IMG/VR virus record: IMGVR_UViG_3300008448_014394
Source: an uncultured virus (IMG/VR IMGVR_UViG_3300008448_014394)
Taxonomy: Duplodnaviria; Heunggongvirae; Uroviricota; Caudoviricetes
Strand: one strand, 5' to 3'
DNA: 64,000 nucleotides
Shown here piece after piece: positions 17,826-26,757 of the stretch. The notes under the pieces are model-generated. The model was not told the DNA's origin, ran no database searches, and saw only the letters and a list, made by a program, of their open reading frames with translations. Within the stretch, counting starts at the first letter, position 1. Every line of letters starts with the position of its first letter. The position numbers were made by a program, and so were the translations under genes.

Positions 17826-19006
17826 TATCTCTTGGCTTTGTCGGAAATCCCATCTATGTTAAAGAATCTCTTCAACCCAGTAAATACATCATCTTTTGAT
17901 CTGAATTGCATAGATAAGAATCTAGTTCTTTTTATATTTTTATTAAAGTGATTTGACAATAGAGCATCTTCCCTCATCCATGGGTTGGCATGATACATAT
18001 CACCAAGCATAACTTCACCATATCCTATGGCACGAACCATAGGTAGAAGTAACTCTGCATATTCTACACATTTCTCATTATCTGTAGACCAGTTATCACC
18101 ATCGCTAAACTCAAAAACATAATTATTCCAAAGTTCGGGTGGATGGTTTTGCTTTATTAATTCATAGGCCAATTTAAAAGCAGAACTGCAAACTGTGCCA
18201 CCAGAAGATGAGATGCTAAAGAAATCTTTCTCATCCACAACAAATGCGGTGGCATCGTGAGCTATGAAGACCAAATCAATCTTTTTATATCTTCGCTTTA
18301 AAAACTGAACCATCCAAAAGTAAAAAGACTTTGCAATATAGGTCTTGTCTTTATCCATAGATCCGCTGCGATCCATCATTAGATATATTGCAGCATTTGA
18401 ATGGTATTCTTTTTCTGTTTCCCAAACTTTATATCTAAGATCTTCTTTTGTGAATGCTCCAATCTTAGCGTTACCTTTTGCAGCATTTCTCTTTAGATTT
18501 TCTATTAAGGATCTTTTTATATCTAAATTTGGATAAATACCTTTCTTATCTATAGAGTTAAACTCTTCATTTTCTACTTCAATCTGGGTCGTGCTTTTGG
18601 GGTCCATCCATGGCAGATTAAGTTCTTCCAGAAGTATATTAACTAATTCATCAATAGTTACTTCTGCCTCAAATAGTCTTTCACCTTCATCTTCTCCAGC
18701 CTCTCCGGGTGCCGCGTCTTTTTCTCCAGACTTTACTTTAAACTTATCACCCTTTTTAGCATCAACACCTTGACCTGTTCCCTGGTTGTTGTTGAGCTTT
18801 CCATATTTAAAGCGATACATATCTAGAAATTTGATGGGGATTTTAATTTTTTTATCCCCATCAGACTTAATGATATTATATTCAGTAATGAGGTCTTTGC
18901 CATTTTTACGAATGGCTCTCTCAACGAGTTCCTTTTGCCTTTCAGAGTCTCTCATGCCTCGCTTTTTGAGCTTCCAGATATCTGAAAGGCTATCGTAACC
19001 GGCCAT
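17825..19006 (-). CDS. yhbH: YhbH / YeaH (DUF444) vWA-like protein
   Basis: KIKIPIKFLD.YRFKYG, LEELNLP, DLRYKVW, MIDAS-like MMDRSGSM, AKSFYFWM, SSGGTVCSSA and FSDGDNW. Confidence 0.9.
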   Translation of the reverse strand: MAGYDSLSDIWKLKKRGMRDSERQKELVERAIRKNGKDLITEYNIIKSDGDKKIKIPIKFLDMYRFKYGKLNNNQGTGQGVDAKKGDKFKVKSGEKDAAPGEAGEDEGERLFEAEVTIDELVNILLEELNLPWMDPKSTTQIEVENEEFNSIDKKGIYPNLDIKRSLIENLKRNAAKGNAKIGAFTKEDLRYKVWETEKEYHSNAAIYLMMDRSGSMDKDKTYIAKSFYFWMVQFLKRRYKKIDLVFIAHDATAFVVDEKDFFSISSSGGTVCSSAFKLAYELIKQNHPPELWNNYVFEFSDGDNWSTDNEKCVEYAELLLPMVRAIGYGEVMLGDMYHANPWMREDALLSNHFNKNIKRTRFLSMQFRSKDDVFTGLKRFFNIDGISDKAKR

Positions 19007-19015
19007 AAAGACCTC

Positions 19016-20914
19016 CTACTTTCTTGCCATTAGAGAGTTTACGTACCTTAGTAGCTGATTTGCGGAATCTGCAGTATATCCATACTTGTCACAAAGAGTC
19101 TTAACAACAACGTTAACCTTCTTGAGTTCTTCTTCATCTGGATTTCTGGCAGAAACCGTGAGTCTAATAACATCTTGTCTTTCATCAAATAGCTGCTTCT
19201 CTAGAGCTTGCTTTAGAGTTGGATGGTCTTCATACTTGCAACCATTCTTTAACATCTTTCGTAAAATTTCTTGTCTGAATGACTTCTTGCCTGACTCAGT
19301 AATACCAATCTTTTCTTCGATGCTTCTCATTAGCCTTTCATCTGGCTGAGTACGAGTTCCCCATTCATTTTCAACCATTCCACCATCTAGATATGCTTCT
19401 ACTTGATCCATATAATTCTTTAGAAGATTCTTGATCTCGCCTTCGAAGTTGACGAAGAATGCCTTTTGAACATCGTTCTTGGCTAGCTTCTCATACTCCT
19501 CAACTACTGTCATTAGAATTACTTCTAATCTTTCGCCTTCCTTCTTATCAATTTTTGGATTGCTCTTCATGCCATCACGAAGAGATCTGATTATATCTAG
19601 AGGAGTTACAGATGTAAGATCGTTCTCTGCTAGCTTTGAAGCAATTCTATTGATGACATAACGTGGAGAGATACCAATCATACCCTCATCATCATGCTCC
19701 TTTTTAAACTTAGGAACTTCTGATAGTGTAAATCCATTTACTTCTTCATCATTATACATCTTCATTTTGCTTAATAGGCTTAAGGATTGATTTGCAGATT
19801 CCTTTAGTCTAGATAAAATGGAGAACATTGCAGCACAGCGTAGGGTGTGTGGAGCAATATGCTTTCCTTTGAAATTAGCTTGGCCAATAAGCTTTTCATA
19901 AATCTTAACTTCTTTATCTACCGATAGATTGTATGGGAACTTTACAACGATAGTTCTATCGTGAAGTGCTTCCATTTCTTCCTTGCCAAGGAAGCGCTTA
20001 TATTCAGTCTCATTGGTATGGGCTAGAACAAACTCGTCTGCCCAAATGAGAGGGAATCTACCAGTTTTAATATTCTTTTCTTGGGCCAAGGTAAGTAGAA
20101 CGTAAAGGAACTTTTGATCAACCTTTAACATTTCTACGAATTCCATTAGGCCACGATTTGCGACGTTAAGCTCTCCATCGAAGCGGTATGCTCTTGGATC
20201 AGATTCAGAGCCAAACTCGCCAATTGTGCTTAGATCAATTGATCCGACAAGCTCTGAGATGTCCTGGCTCTTCTTGTCTGAAGGTACGAAGGTTCCAATT
20301 CCCAATCTGCTCTTTTCAGATATAAAGACTCTTTTAACAGGAAGGTCCATAAAGTTTCCTTTATACTTATCCCGTAGAACTAATTCCATTGTTGGACTTA
20401 GTGTTCCATCAATCTTAATTCCATAATCCTTAAGGAATTTTGATCTTAATTCATCTGGAATAGCACTAAGTGGATCTTCGTGCATAGGAGATTCTGCAAG
20501 TGCGTAAATTGCTCCAGCATCAGTTTTTGAAAACTGCTCCATACCTCTTTTGAGTAAGATTGCCATTTGAGACTTTCCAGAGGAGGTTGGTCCGTAAAGT
20601 AATAGGATTCTTCTTCCTACCTCTGAGCCAGCAGCAGCAGCTCTAAGATAAGACATCATCTCTTCAATTGGTTCTTGAACACCGAATAGGTCATTTTCAA
20701 AAAATTTATAAGCAACAACCTCACCCTTCTCATCTTTTTCTACACCATGAGATTCTATCATCTTAAGAACTCTGGCGTGTGCTCCAAGATGTAATTCTGG
20801 ATTTGCAATCACCAATTTAATATAATCTCTAAGAGTTCCAGACCATTCTAGGTTGGTTTTCTCCTGGAAATGAGAGTCGATCATATCTAAAAAGCTGTCT
20901 GTAGTCTGTGACAT
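19016..20914 (-). CDS. prkA: PrkA / YeaG family AAA+ serine kinase/ATPase
   Basis: ILLLYGPTSSGKS, SPMHEDPL, ESDPRAYRFDGELNVANRGLMEFVEMLK, AHTNETEY and EGMIGISPRYVIN; start at ATG 20914 (GGAGAGG RBS). Confidence 0.93.
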   Translation of the reverse strand: MSQTTDSFLDMIDSHFQEKTNLEWSGTLRDYIKLVIANPELHLGAHARVLKMIESHGVEKDEKGEVVAYKFFENDLFGVQEPIEEMMSYLRAAAAGSEVGRRILLLYGPTSSGKSQMAILLKRGMEQFSKTDAGAIYALAESPMHEDPLSAIPDELRSKFLKDYGIKIDGTLSPTMELVLRDKYKGNFMDLPVKRVFISEKSRLGIGTFVPSDKKSQDISELVGSIDLSTIGEFGSESDPRAYRFDGELNVANRGLMEFVEMLKVDQKFLYVLLTLAQEKNIKTGRFPLIWADEFVLAHTNETEYKRFLGKEEMEALHDRTIVVKFPYNLSVDKEVKIYEKLIGQANFKGKHIAPHTLRCAAMFSILSRLKESANQSLSLLSKMKMYNDEEVNGFTLSEVPKFKKEHDDEGMIGISPRYVINRIASKLAENDLTSVTPLDIIRSLRDGMKSNPKIDKKEGERLEVILMTVVEEYEKLAKNDVQKAFFVNFEGEIKNLLKNYMDQVEAYLDGGMVENEWGTRTQPDERLMRSIEEKIGITESGKKSFRQEILRKMLKNGCKYEDHPTLKQALEKQLFDERQDVIRLTVSARNPDEEELKKVNVVVKTLCDKYGYTADSANQLLRYVNSLMARK

Positions 20915-20925
20915 AAACCTCTCCA

Positions 20926-21213
20926 CTACTTTTTATAGGGATTAACCCTATCACCATAAACATCTTGGATAACCTTCTGGTTACCATTATTTATTTTATT
21001 AACAGTTTTTTGAACTTCCTCTTGAATATCTAATATGATTTGATCGTTTGATTTTTCAATAATACTACTTACATTGCTTATTTTATGATGGAGCCAACCT
21101 CCATCACATCCCTCACATTTTATTTTACCTTTAAGATTTATGAAATCTGGTATAGATAAAAATTTTTCTTCCTCATGCTGACAGTTCTTACAGGCGAATA
21201 TGTATGATGGCAT
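20926..21213 (-). CDS. FmdB-like zinc-ribbon protein
   Basis: MPSYIFACKNCQH...KCEGC, i.e. MPxYxxxCxxC...CxxC. Confidence 0.75.
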   Translation of the reverse strand: MPSYIFACKNCQHEEEKFLSIPDFINLKGKIKCEGCDGGWLHHKISNVSSIIEKSNDQIILDIQEEVQKTVNKINNGNQKVIQDVYGDRVNPYKK

Positions 21214-21231
21214 GTTTCCCTCTTTACCCTA

Positions 21232-21519
21232 TTATTTCTTTTTACTTTCTCGATCTAAAAATAACTCTAGCATCTCTTTTACCAGTGGGTTACTTTGATT
21301 TAATAAACATAATATTTCAAAGCTATCTAGCTTCTCATAGTTAATCAAGATATCTTTACAAATACTAATCTTAGGTATAAAATCTGAAATTGCATCAGAA
21401 CCATTAAGCATTTTATCAATGGGCAATATTTCAAAACTATCCTTTCTGCACTTATAAATTAGATATTTATAATCTCCAATCTTAATAAGATCGGTTTTCT
21501 TTAAAGATTTTTTAATCAT
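21232..21519 (-). CDS. hypothetical protein
   Basis: ORF track; ATGA overlap with the helicase stop. Confidence 0.55.
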   Translation of the reverse strand: MIKKSLKKTDLIKIGDYKYLIYKCRKDSFEILPIDKMLNGSDAISDFIPKISICKDILINYEKLDSFEILCLLNQSNPLVKEMLELFLDRESKKK

Positions 21520-22874
21520 GCGAAGCTATTCTCCTCACCCATTCCGCCAGTCCAGTTGTCAGGGATGCTGGTTACTTTTGATTTCTCAAATTCTTTATAC
21601 AGCTTAATTTCACCCTTAGCACCATCACGATTCTTAACAATATGAATCACCATATCATCAAGTAAGTGCTCATCATCTCGCTGTTCAATAAGTAGAACTA
21701 TGTTGGCGTTATCACCAATCATCTTTGAACGACCTAATTCTTCTAGATCGTTTGACTGGCCCTTGGTTGCTTTATTTCTAGCCTTTCTCTGTGCAGCGGT
21801 AAGTACAGCGATATTCTTGTTTCGGCAGAATTCGTGCAAATCCTCTGCAACGTGACCAACTTCCAACCAATCTTGGCCAGAGTCTTTATTTGGCTTCATA
21901 ATACCAAGGTAATCTACAACAACCAAATCAGGTTGAAATTCTGATAAGATAGCATCATATCTGGCTTCTATGTCAATAGTCCTAGAGCCTCGGGGCATAT
22001 CAACTATATAGAATTTTTTATTATAATACTTTTGGAACTCTAAGGTTTCTTTCCAGCGTACTTTTTCTTCTGGAGTTAGCTGCCCACGCATAATAGCACG
22101 ATGCCTAATATCTGCGATATTTGCATCAATTCTTTGCTCTAACTGTCGCTTACTCATTTCTAGTGTAAAGTATAGGATATTTCTACCACCCTCTGCGATT
22201 CCGGCTGGCCCATCTTGCGGCTTACTATCTCCAATCCAGGCATTGATGGCATAGTTCATCATCAGCAAGCTCTTACCGCTTGAGCTGGCGCCAGAAATAA
22301 TCATCAATTCAGATGCCTTTATCCCATAGGTATAGTCGTCAATCTCAGAAAACCCTGACAAGACTCCTGTGGCGATATTTGGATTCTGCTCTGTGAATAG
22401 ATAATCATTGTATCTATCATCTACAGAGTTTCCGATTTCTCCCTCAGCAAAGACTGCCGTTCTTTTTAGCCTTTCAATTTTTGCAGCAACGCTAATGATG
22501 TTGGAATTGAACTCATCAATATCAACAGTTCTTGAATCAATAGAGTTAGCTAGACGATGGGCAATCTGAGAGTTGTATCTACGACGTACCTCATCTACAT
22601 AAAAAAGAATCTCAGACTCCTGACAGTTGGAGTACTCCAGCATTGATACCATTTGAACCGTATCAATATCATCTGCGAGATTTTCTTTCAAGATTTTGTA
22701 TGAGGGTGGTGTCTTGTACCTTGAGTAATACTTTTCAATAATTTCAAAGGTAGAGCGATAATCTGAATCTAGCGCTTCATGAAGAATCTTAAAATCAATA
22801 TCTCTTGTGACTTTATTATATTCTACAGGTCCCTTCATTAACCAGGATAATATTTTTTGATCAGGAATTTGCAT
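21516..22874 (-). CDS. dnaB: DnaB-like replicative helicase
   Basis: SGFSEID, Walker A GASSSGKS, FTLEMS, VVVDYLGIM, TAAQ and KNRDG. Confidence 0.9.
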   Translation of the reverse strand: MQIPDQKILSWLMKGPVEYNKVTRDIDFKILHEALDSDYRSTFEIIEKYYSRYKTPPSYKILKENLADDIDTVQMVSMLEYSNCQESEILFYVDEVRRRYNSQIAHRLANSIDSRTVDIDEFNSNIISVAAKIERLKRTAVFAEGEIGNSVDDRYNDYLFTEQNPNIATGVLSGFSEIDDYTYGIKASELMIISGASSSGKSLLMMNYAINAWIGDSKPQDGPAGIAEGGRNILYFTLEMSKRQLEQRIDANIADIRHRAIMRGQLTPEEKVRWKETLEFQKYYNKKFYIVDMPRGSRTIDIEARYDAILSEFQPDLVVVDYLGIMKPNKDSGQDWLEVGHVAEDLHEFCRNKNIAVLTAAQRKARNKATKGQSNDLEELGRSKMIGDNANIVLLIEQRDDEHLLDDMVIHIVKNRDGAKGEIKLYKEFEKSKVTSIPDNWTGGMGEENSFA

Positions 22875-22876
22875 GG

Positions 22877-23551
22877 TTACTCCTTACCTTGACTTTTTCT
22901 AAAATCTTTTCCAGAAACATAAATAGTCTTAACATATCTAGAGAATAGAGAATCTACTGCCCTAGAAAACTCTCCAGCCAAAACATCTTTTAGGTCTGGT
23001 GTGTTGGAGCAGATAATTGTTGGCATTCTATTTTGGAGTCGATGCCGAAGGACTCGCTCCATTGTTTGACCGAATAATTGCTCAGCCTTATCTGATGGAA
23101 ATACATAACGATCACAATATTCATCTAAAGTCAAAAAGTCCACAGTTGTTAACTCATCAAAGATCCCTGAGTTATTTTCTGTAGACTTTTGGATTATGTC
23201 GCTCATATAAATATATCTTGCAGTAAAGCCAGACATTATTGCCGATTTTAAAATGCAAACTGCTGCATAAGTTTTCCCAATTCCAAGATTACCAACAAAG
23301 GCTAGAGACTGGCCATCTTCATAAAACTTATTTAGATCTGTTAGGACATTTTCAACAATATAATTTTTAAAATTATGGTCGCCTTTAAAATCTTTCATGG
23401 ACAGGAACCAGTAGTCCATAGGCAGCTCTGCTTTGGCATAAGCTCTTACTCTAGCTATCTTTTGTTTACACTCTGAGCACCCAGAGGCTTCGCAACTACA
23501 ATCTCTTTTAATCTTCTCCTCGATGCTCTGAAGTTTTCTCGGTGGGACCAT
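22877..23551 (-). CDS. DnaC/IstB-like AAA+ helicase loader
   Basis: N-terminal CSC...CSEC, Walker A GNLGIGKT, Walker B FLTLDE, R...RMPTIICSN and GKDFR; adjacent to dnaB. Confidence 0.85.
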   Translation of the reverse strand: MVPPRKLQSIEEKIKRDCSCEASGCSECKQKIARVRAYAKAELPMDYWFLSMKDFKGDHNFKNYIVENVLTDLNKFYEDGQSLAFVGNLGIGKTYAAVCILKSAIMSGFTARYIYMSDIIQKSTENNSGIFDELTTVDFLTLDEYCDRYVFPSDKAEQLFGQTMERVLRHRLQNRMPTIICSNTPDLKDVLAGEFSRAVDSLFSRYVKTIYVSGKDFRKSQGKE

Positions 23552-23981
23552 TTTTATTCTCCTTTACTCGGGGGCTTTTCATTTCTGATAAACTAATGGA
23601 GAAGCTTACCGGAATTTGACCTTCGGTGCTTCCCTCTAGCATATCTTCTGGAATTATAGAGCCATACAGATCATTTGCATAGAACTCAACTTCGTCAAGT
23701 TCATCTTCAAAATCTGCGCGCAAGCTCGGCGGCCGGGCAATCTTCGGCCTTGCAACTACATCATACTTGGAGCTATTTTCTGCATCAACCTTTTTATTAT
23801 TCTTTGTTTCATCAATAATCATTGCAGCAACAATGTTATCCTTATACACAACTAAGGATCCCATATCGCTTGATAATACAATTTTATCAGATGACGAAAA
23901 TTCCACTCGACCTGTAAATTCCCACCCTCCCCTTAGAAAAATTGAAACTAAACGACCCTCTAGCGAATACCTATCGTCCAT
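23508..23981 (-). CDS. Sm/Hfq-like fold protein with long acidic C-terminal tail
   Basis: VSIFLRGGWEFTGRVEFSSSDKIVL...SLVVYKDNIVA aligns by eye with the Hfq Sm1/Sm2 motifs ([25 protein letters not shown]...QMVYKHAIST). Confidence 0.6.
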   Translation of the reverse strand: MDDRYSLEGRLVSIFLRGGWEFTGRVEFSSSDKIVLSSDMGSLVVYKDNIVAAMIIDETKNNKKVDAENSSKYDVVARPKIARPPSLRADFEDELDEVEFYANDLYGSIIPEDMLEGSTEGQIPVSFSISLSEMKSPRVKENKNGPTEKTSEHRGED

Positions 23982-24583
23982 TATATTAATCCTATTTCAG
24001 AAGCTTTTTTTAAGACTTTTACTTCCAGAGCTTCTGATCCCAAGGTATACATCTCTGCATATCTCTTTAGCATTTTAAGATCTTCTTCTCTTTCTAATTG
24101 ATGCATCTGGAATATCTCGGAAGCTTCTTTTTTACACCAAGACATTAGCTTTTCAAACTTACCTTCAGAACACTTCTTTTCTAAGAAGGAGCTATACATC
24201 CTTTCGAATTCTACAATAATTGAGGGGGTTAAAAACAATCTTGTTCCATTGACAGACTGATTTCCCCTTCTAAATTTATAATCAAACATCCAATTGATAT
24301 AATTATAAATCTTCATATTTATATCTTTACGCGCCACGTCCTTTCTTTCTTTTGTCATTTCTTTGTAATTTTCTGGTGCTAACGTTCTAAATAATTTAGC
24401 AAAGTCTGCAGCCTCTTTTCCCAATGTAGGGCCCTTATTAGCTCTAACTAGTCTAAAGCGTACTCCATTCTTTTTTTCATATTTATGGCAGAAATAAGCC
24501 AAAAGAGTTATATGTGTCCAGGTTGAAATATCGGCCTTGATCCATTCCTCAATGCTATTGAAAAAGTCTTCCTCAGTAATCAT
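23981..24583 (-). CDS. hypothetical protein in replication module
   Basis: 200-aa ORF overlapping ung and the Sm-like gene; no recognised motif. Confidence 0.7.
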   Translation of the reverse strand: MITEEDFFNSIEEWIKADISTWTHITLLAYFCHKYEKKNGVRFRLVRANKGPTLGKEAADFAKLFRTLAPENYKEMTKERKDVARKDINMKIYNYINWMFDYKFRRGNQSVNGTRLFLTPSIIVEFERMYSSFLEKKCSEGKFEKLMSWCKKEASEIFQMHQLEREEDLKMLKRYAEMYTLGSEALEVKVLKKASEIGLI

Positions 24584-25254
24584 TTTAGACTCCTTGATTG
24601 AATCCAGTTTATTTCAGTTTGGGATAGTTTTTTTAATATATCATTGGCCATAGAAAAATGTCTGCACCCAAAGAAGCCCCTATAGGCAGAGAGTGGAGAT
24701 GGATGAGGTGCAGTTAGAATATGATGGTGTTTTCCAGAAATAATTTTTGATTTATTTACTGCAGAAGCTCCCCATAAAATAAATATAATTGGCTCATCTC
24801 TATGACCCAATGTTTCAATTATCTTGTCTGTAAAAGTCTCCCAGCCCATATCCTTATGACTGTTAGACTCTCCAGCCCTTACAGTTAGAACTGTATTTAG
24901 TAGTAGGACGCCCTGCTCTGCCCAGCCCTCCAGGGTTGTACTTATTGGCCTTTCTCCATATATAGACTCTATCTCTTTAAATATATTTAGCAAAGAAGGT
25001 GGTGGACCAACTCCTTCGGCAACGGCAAAGGCCAAGCCATTTGCTTGGTTTGGGTTTATATATGGATCTTGACCAATTATGCAGACCTTTACATCATTAA
25101 AATCAGTTAAGTCAAGAGATCTAAATATATTTTCTTTCTTGGGATAAATAATCCTTTCTCTATATTCTTTTGCTAAAAAGTTTTCTAACTTTTTAATATA
25201 CTCTTTTTCAAACTCAGGCGATAATACAGACATCCAACCCTTTGCTAAACGCAT
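24580..25254 (-). CDS. ung: family 1 uracil-DNA glycosylase
   Basis: GQDPY, QANGLAF, PPSLLNI, QGVLLLN, LWG and HPSPLSAYRGF. Confidence 0.95.
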   Translation of the reverse strand: MRLAKGWMSVLSPEFEKEYIKKLENFLAKEYRERIIYPKKENIFRSLDLTDFNDVKVCIIGQDPYINPNQANGLAFAVAEGVGPPPSLLNIFKEIESIYGERPISTTLEGWAEQGVLLLNTVLTVRAGESNSHKDMGWETFTDKIIETLGHRDEPIIFILWGASAVNKSKIISGKHHHILTAPHPSPLSAYRGFFGCRHFSMANDILKKLSQTEINWIQSRSLK

Positions 25255-25261
25255 CTTTACC

Positions 25262-26707
25262 TCATTTTTTCTGTACTATTATTTTGAAGGCTGGCTCTGT
25301 TTCATAAATCTTTTTTCTTATCTGTGAGTGATCCCGTAGATACTTACAGTTATCCAGGAAGTCAACTACAACTGCATCCTTTTTATCATGACCTTTGCGA
25401 ATAACCCGACCAATTCTTTGTAGGGCACGAGCAGATGATTTACCAGAGCCAGCTAAAACCAGGGCATCAAGATTTGGGATGTCAATACCCTGATCAAAGA
25501 TTTTTGAAGCAATTAAAACATCCAATTCGCCATCCTTCATGGCTTGGATAGCGGCTAGGCGATCGGATGTCTTATTGCTACCATCCAGACTAGATACCCT
25601 CAAAGATTCTTTCAAAAGAGATAATAGGTGCTTACCGTGTGCCACTTTGGTGACAAGAATTAAAACTTTTCTACCCTGTGAAATAAGCTTTGTTGTTGAT
25701 TTTAGAATCAGGTCATTTCTCTCATCATTATCTACAATAAAATTTTTATAGACTTCCTGATATGTTTTACCTACGCCTCTTTGCATTGGAACATCAACAA
25801 AATAAATTTTGGGTGGAACAAGCCATCCCTGTTCAATTAGGGCGGTTGCATTAAGATCGAAAATTTTTGAGCCGCCCACAGATTCAATTAAGATATCGTC
25901 CCCAGAGTCTCGCCAAGGCGTACCCGAAAGCAGAAAACGGTGCCTGGCTGAAGTAGAGTTTCGGTGTAAAAACTGAATTGTTTCTGCGGCAGCGTATTGG
26001 CACTCGTCAATTATTATCATCTCTGCAGAGCTTACCATACCCATTACTTTTTCTTTGTTAAGATTTTTATCTTCTTTGTCTTGGGTGAGGTCGCTATCCA
26101 AAATTTCTGCTTTTGCTCCAAAGGCAGAGGCTGCACTCCAAATGGTTGCGATGGTTACCTGTTGAACATCGCAATGACCATCACCAACAATTCCAACCTT
26201 GAGATTTGGGTATGCTCTTTCTACAGTTTCTTTCATTTGATATAGAAGCTCTACACCGATAACATAAATTACAGTCTTAATATTGAATCGACCCATAATT
26301 AAGGTTAAAACTAAGCTTTTGCCGCCACCTGTAGCTAGACGAATAATCCCTCCACCATACTTCCAGGCTCGGTTAACAATATCCTGCTGATAATCTCTTA
26401 CTTGAAAACCACTATTCTGATCCAAAACTAGACTTTCCCCATAGACTGGTTGATCTCTATTGTCTTGTAGCTGATAAGATATATCATGTTTCTTTAATAT
26501 CTTTTCCACAGCAGATAGTAGGCCTACAGGAAAGTAGTGATTCTTGGTGAATAGCCTCTGTTTTCCATCCCAGTTATTACCTCGATTCATGAACTGAAAG
26601 CCCTGAACGGAATAGCTCATATAATCATCAATTTCATCTATGACCTTGGGATCGCGCAATCCAATTATTTTACACTTAACATTTCCAACAATAATAGCTG
26701 TATTCAT
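25262..26707 (-). CDS. superfamily 2 DNA helicase (UvsW/XPB-like)
   Basis: RDYQ, LATGGGKS, IIDECQ, LSGTP, FDQGIDIP and QRIGRVIR; start at ATG 26707. Confidence 0.88.
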   Translation of the reverse strand: MNTAIIVGNVKCKIIGLRDPKVIDEIDDYMSYSVQGFQFMNRGNNWDGKQRLFTKNHYFPVGLLSAVEKILKKHDISYQLQDNRDQPVYGESLVLDQNSGFQVRDYQQDIVNRAWKYGGGIIRLATGGGKSLVLTLIMGRFNIKTVIYVIGVELLYQMKETVERAYPNLKVGIVGDGHCDVQQVTIATIWSAASAFGAKAEILDSDLTQDKEDKNLNKEKVMGMVSSAEMIIIDECQYAAAETIQFLHRNSTSARHRFLLSGTPWRDSGDDILIESVGGSKIFDLNATALIEQGWLVPPKIYFVDVPMQRGVGKTYQEVYKNFIVDNDERNDLILKSTTKLISQGRKVLILVTKVAHGKHLLSLLKESLRVSSLDGSNKTSDRLAAIQAMKDGELDVLIASKIFDQGIDIPNLDALVLAGSGKSSARALQRIGRVIRKGHDKKDAVVVDFLDNCKYLRDHSQIRKKIYETEPAFKIIVQKK

Positions 26708-26757
26708 TATGCATCCAAAATAAAGGTATGAATACATAATACTGGATTGATATAAAT

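Noticed and set aside
13104..26707. Inteins or introns in nrdA, nrdB, dnaB or the SF2 helicase
   Set aside because: Lengths and motif spacing are normal; no intein termini or frame breaks were seen.
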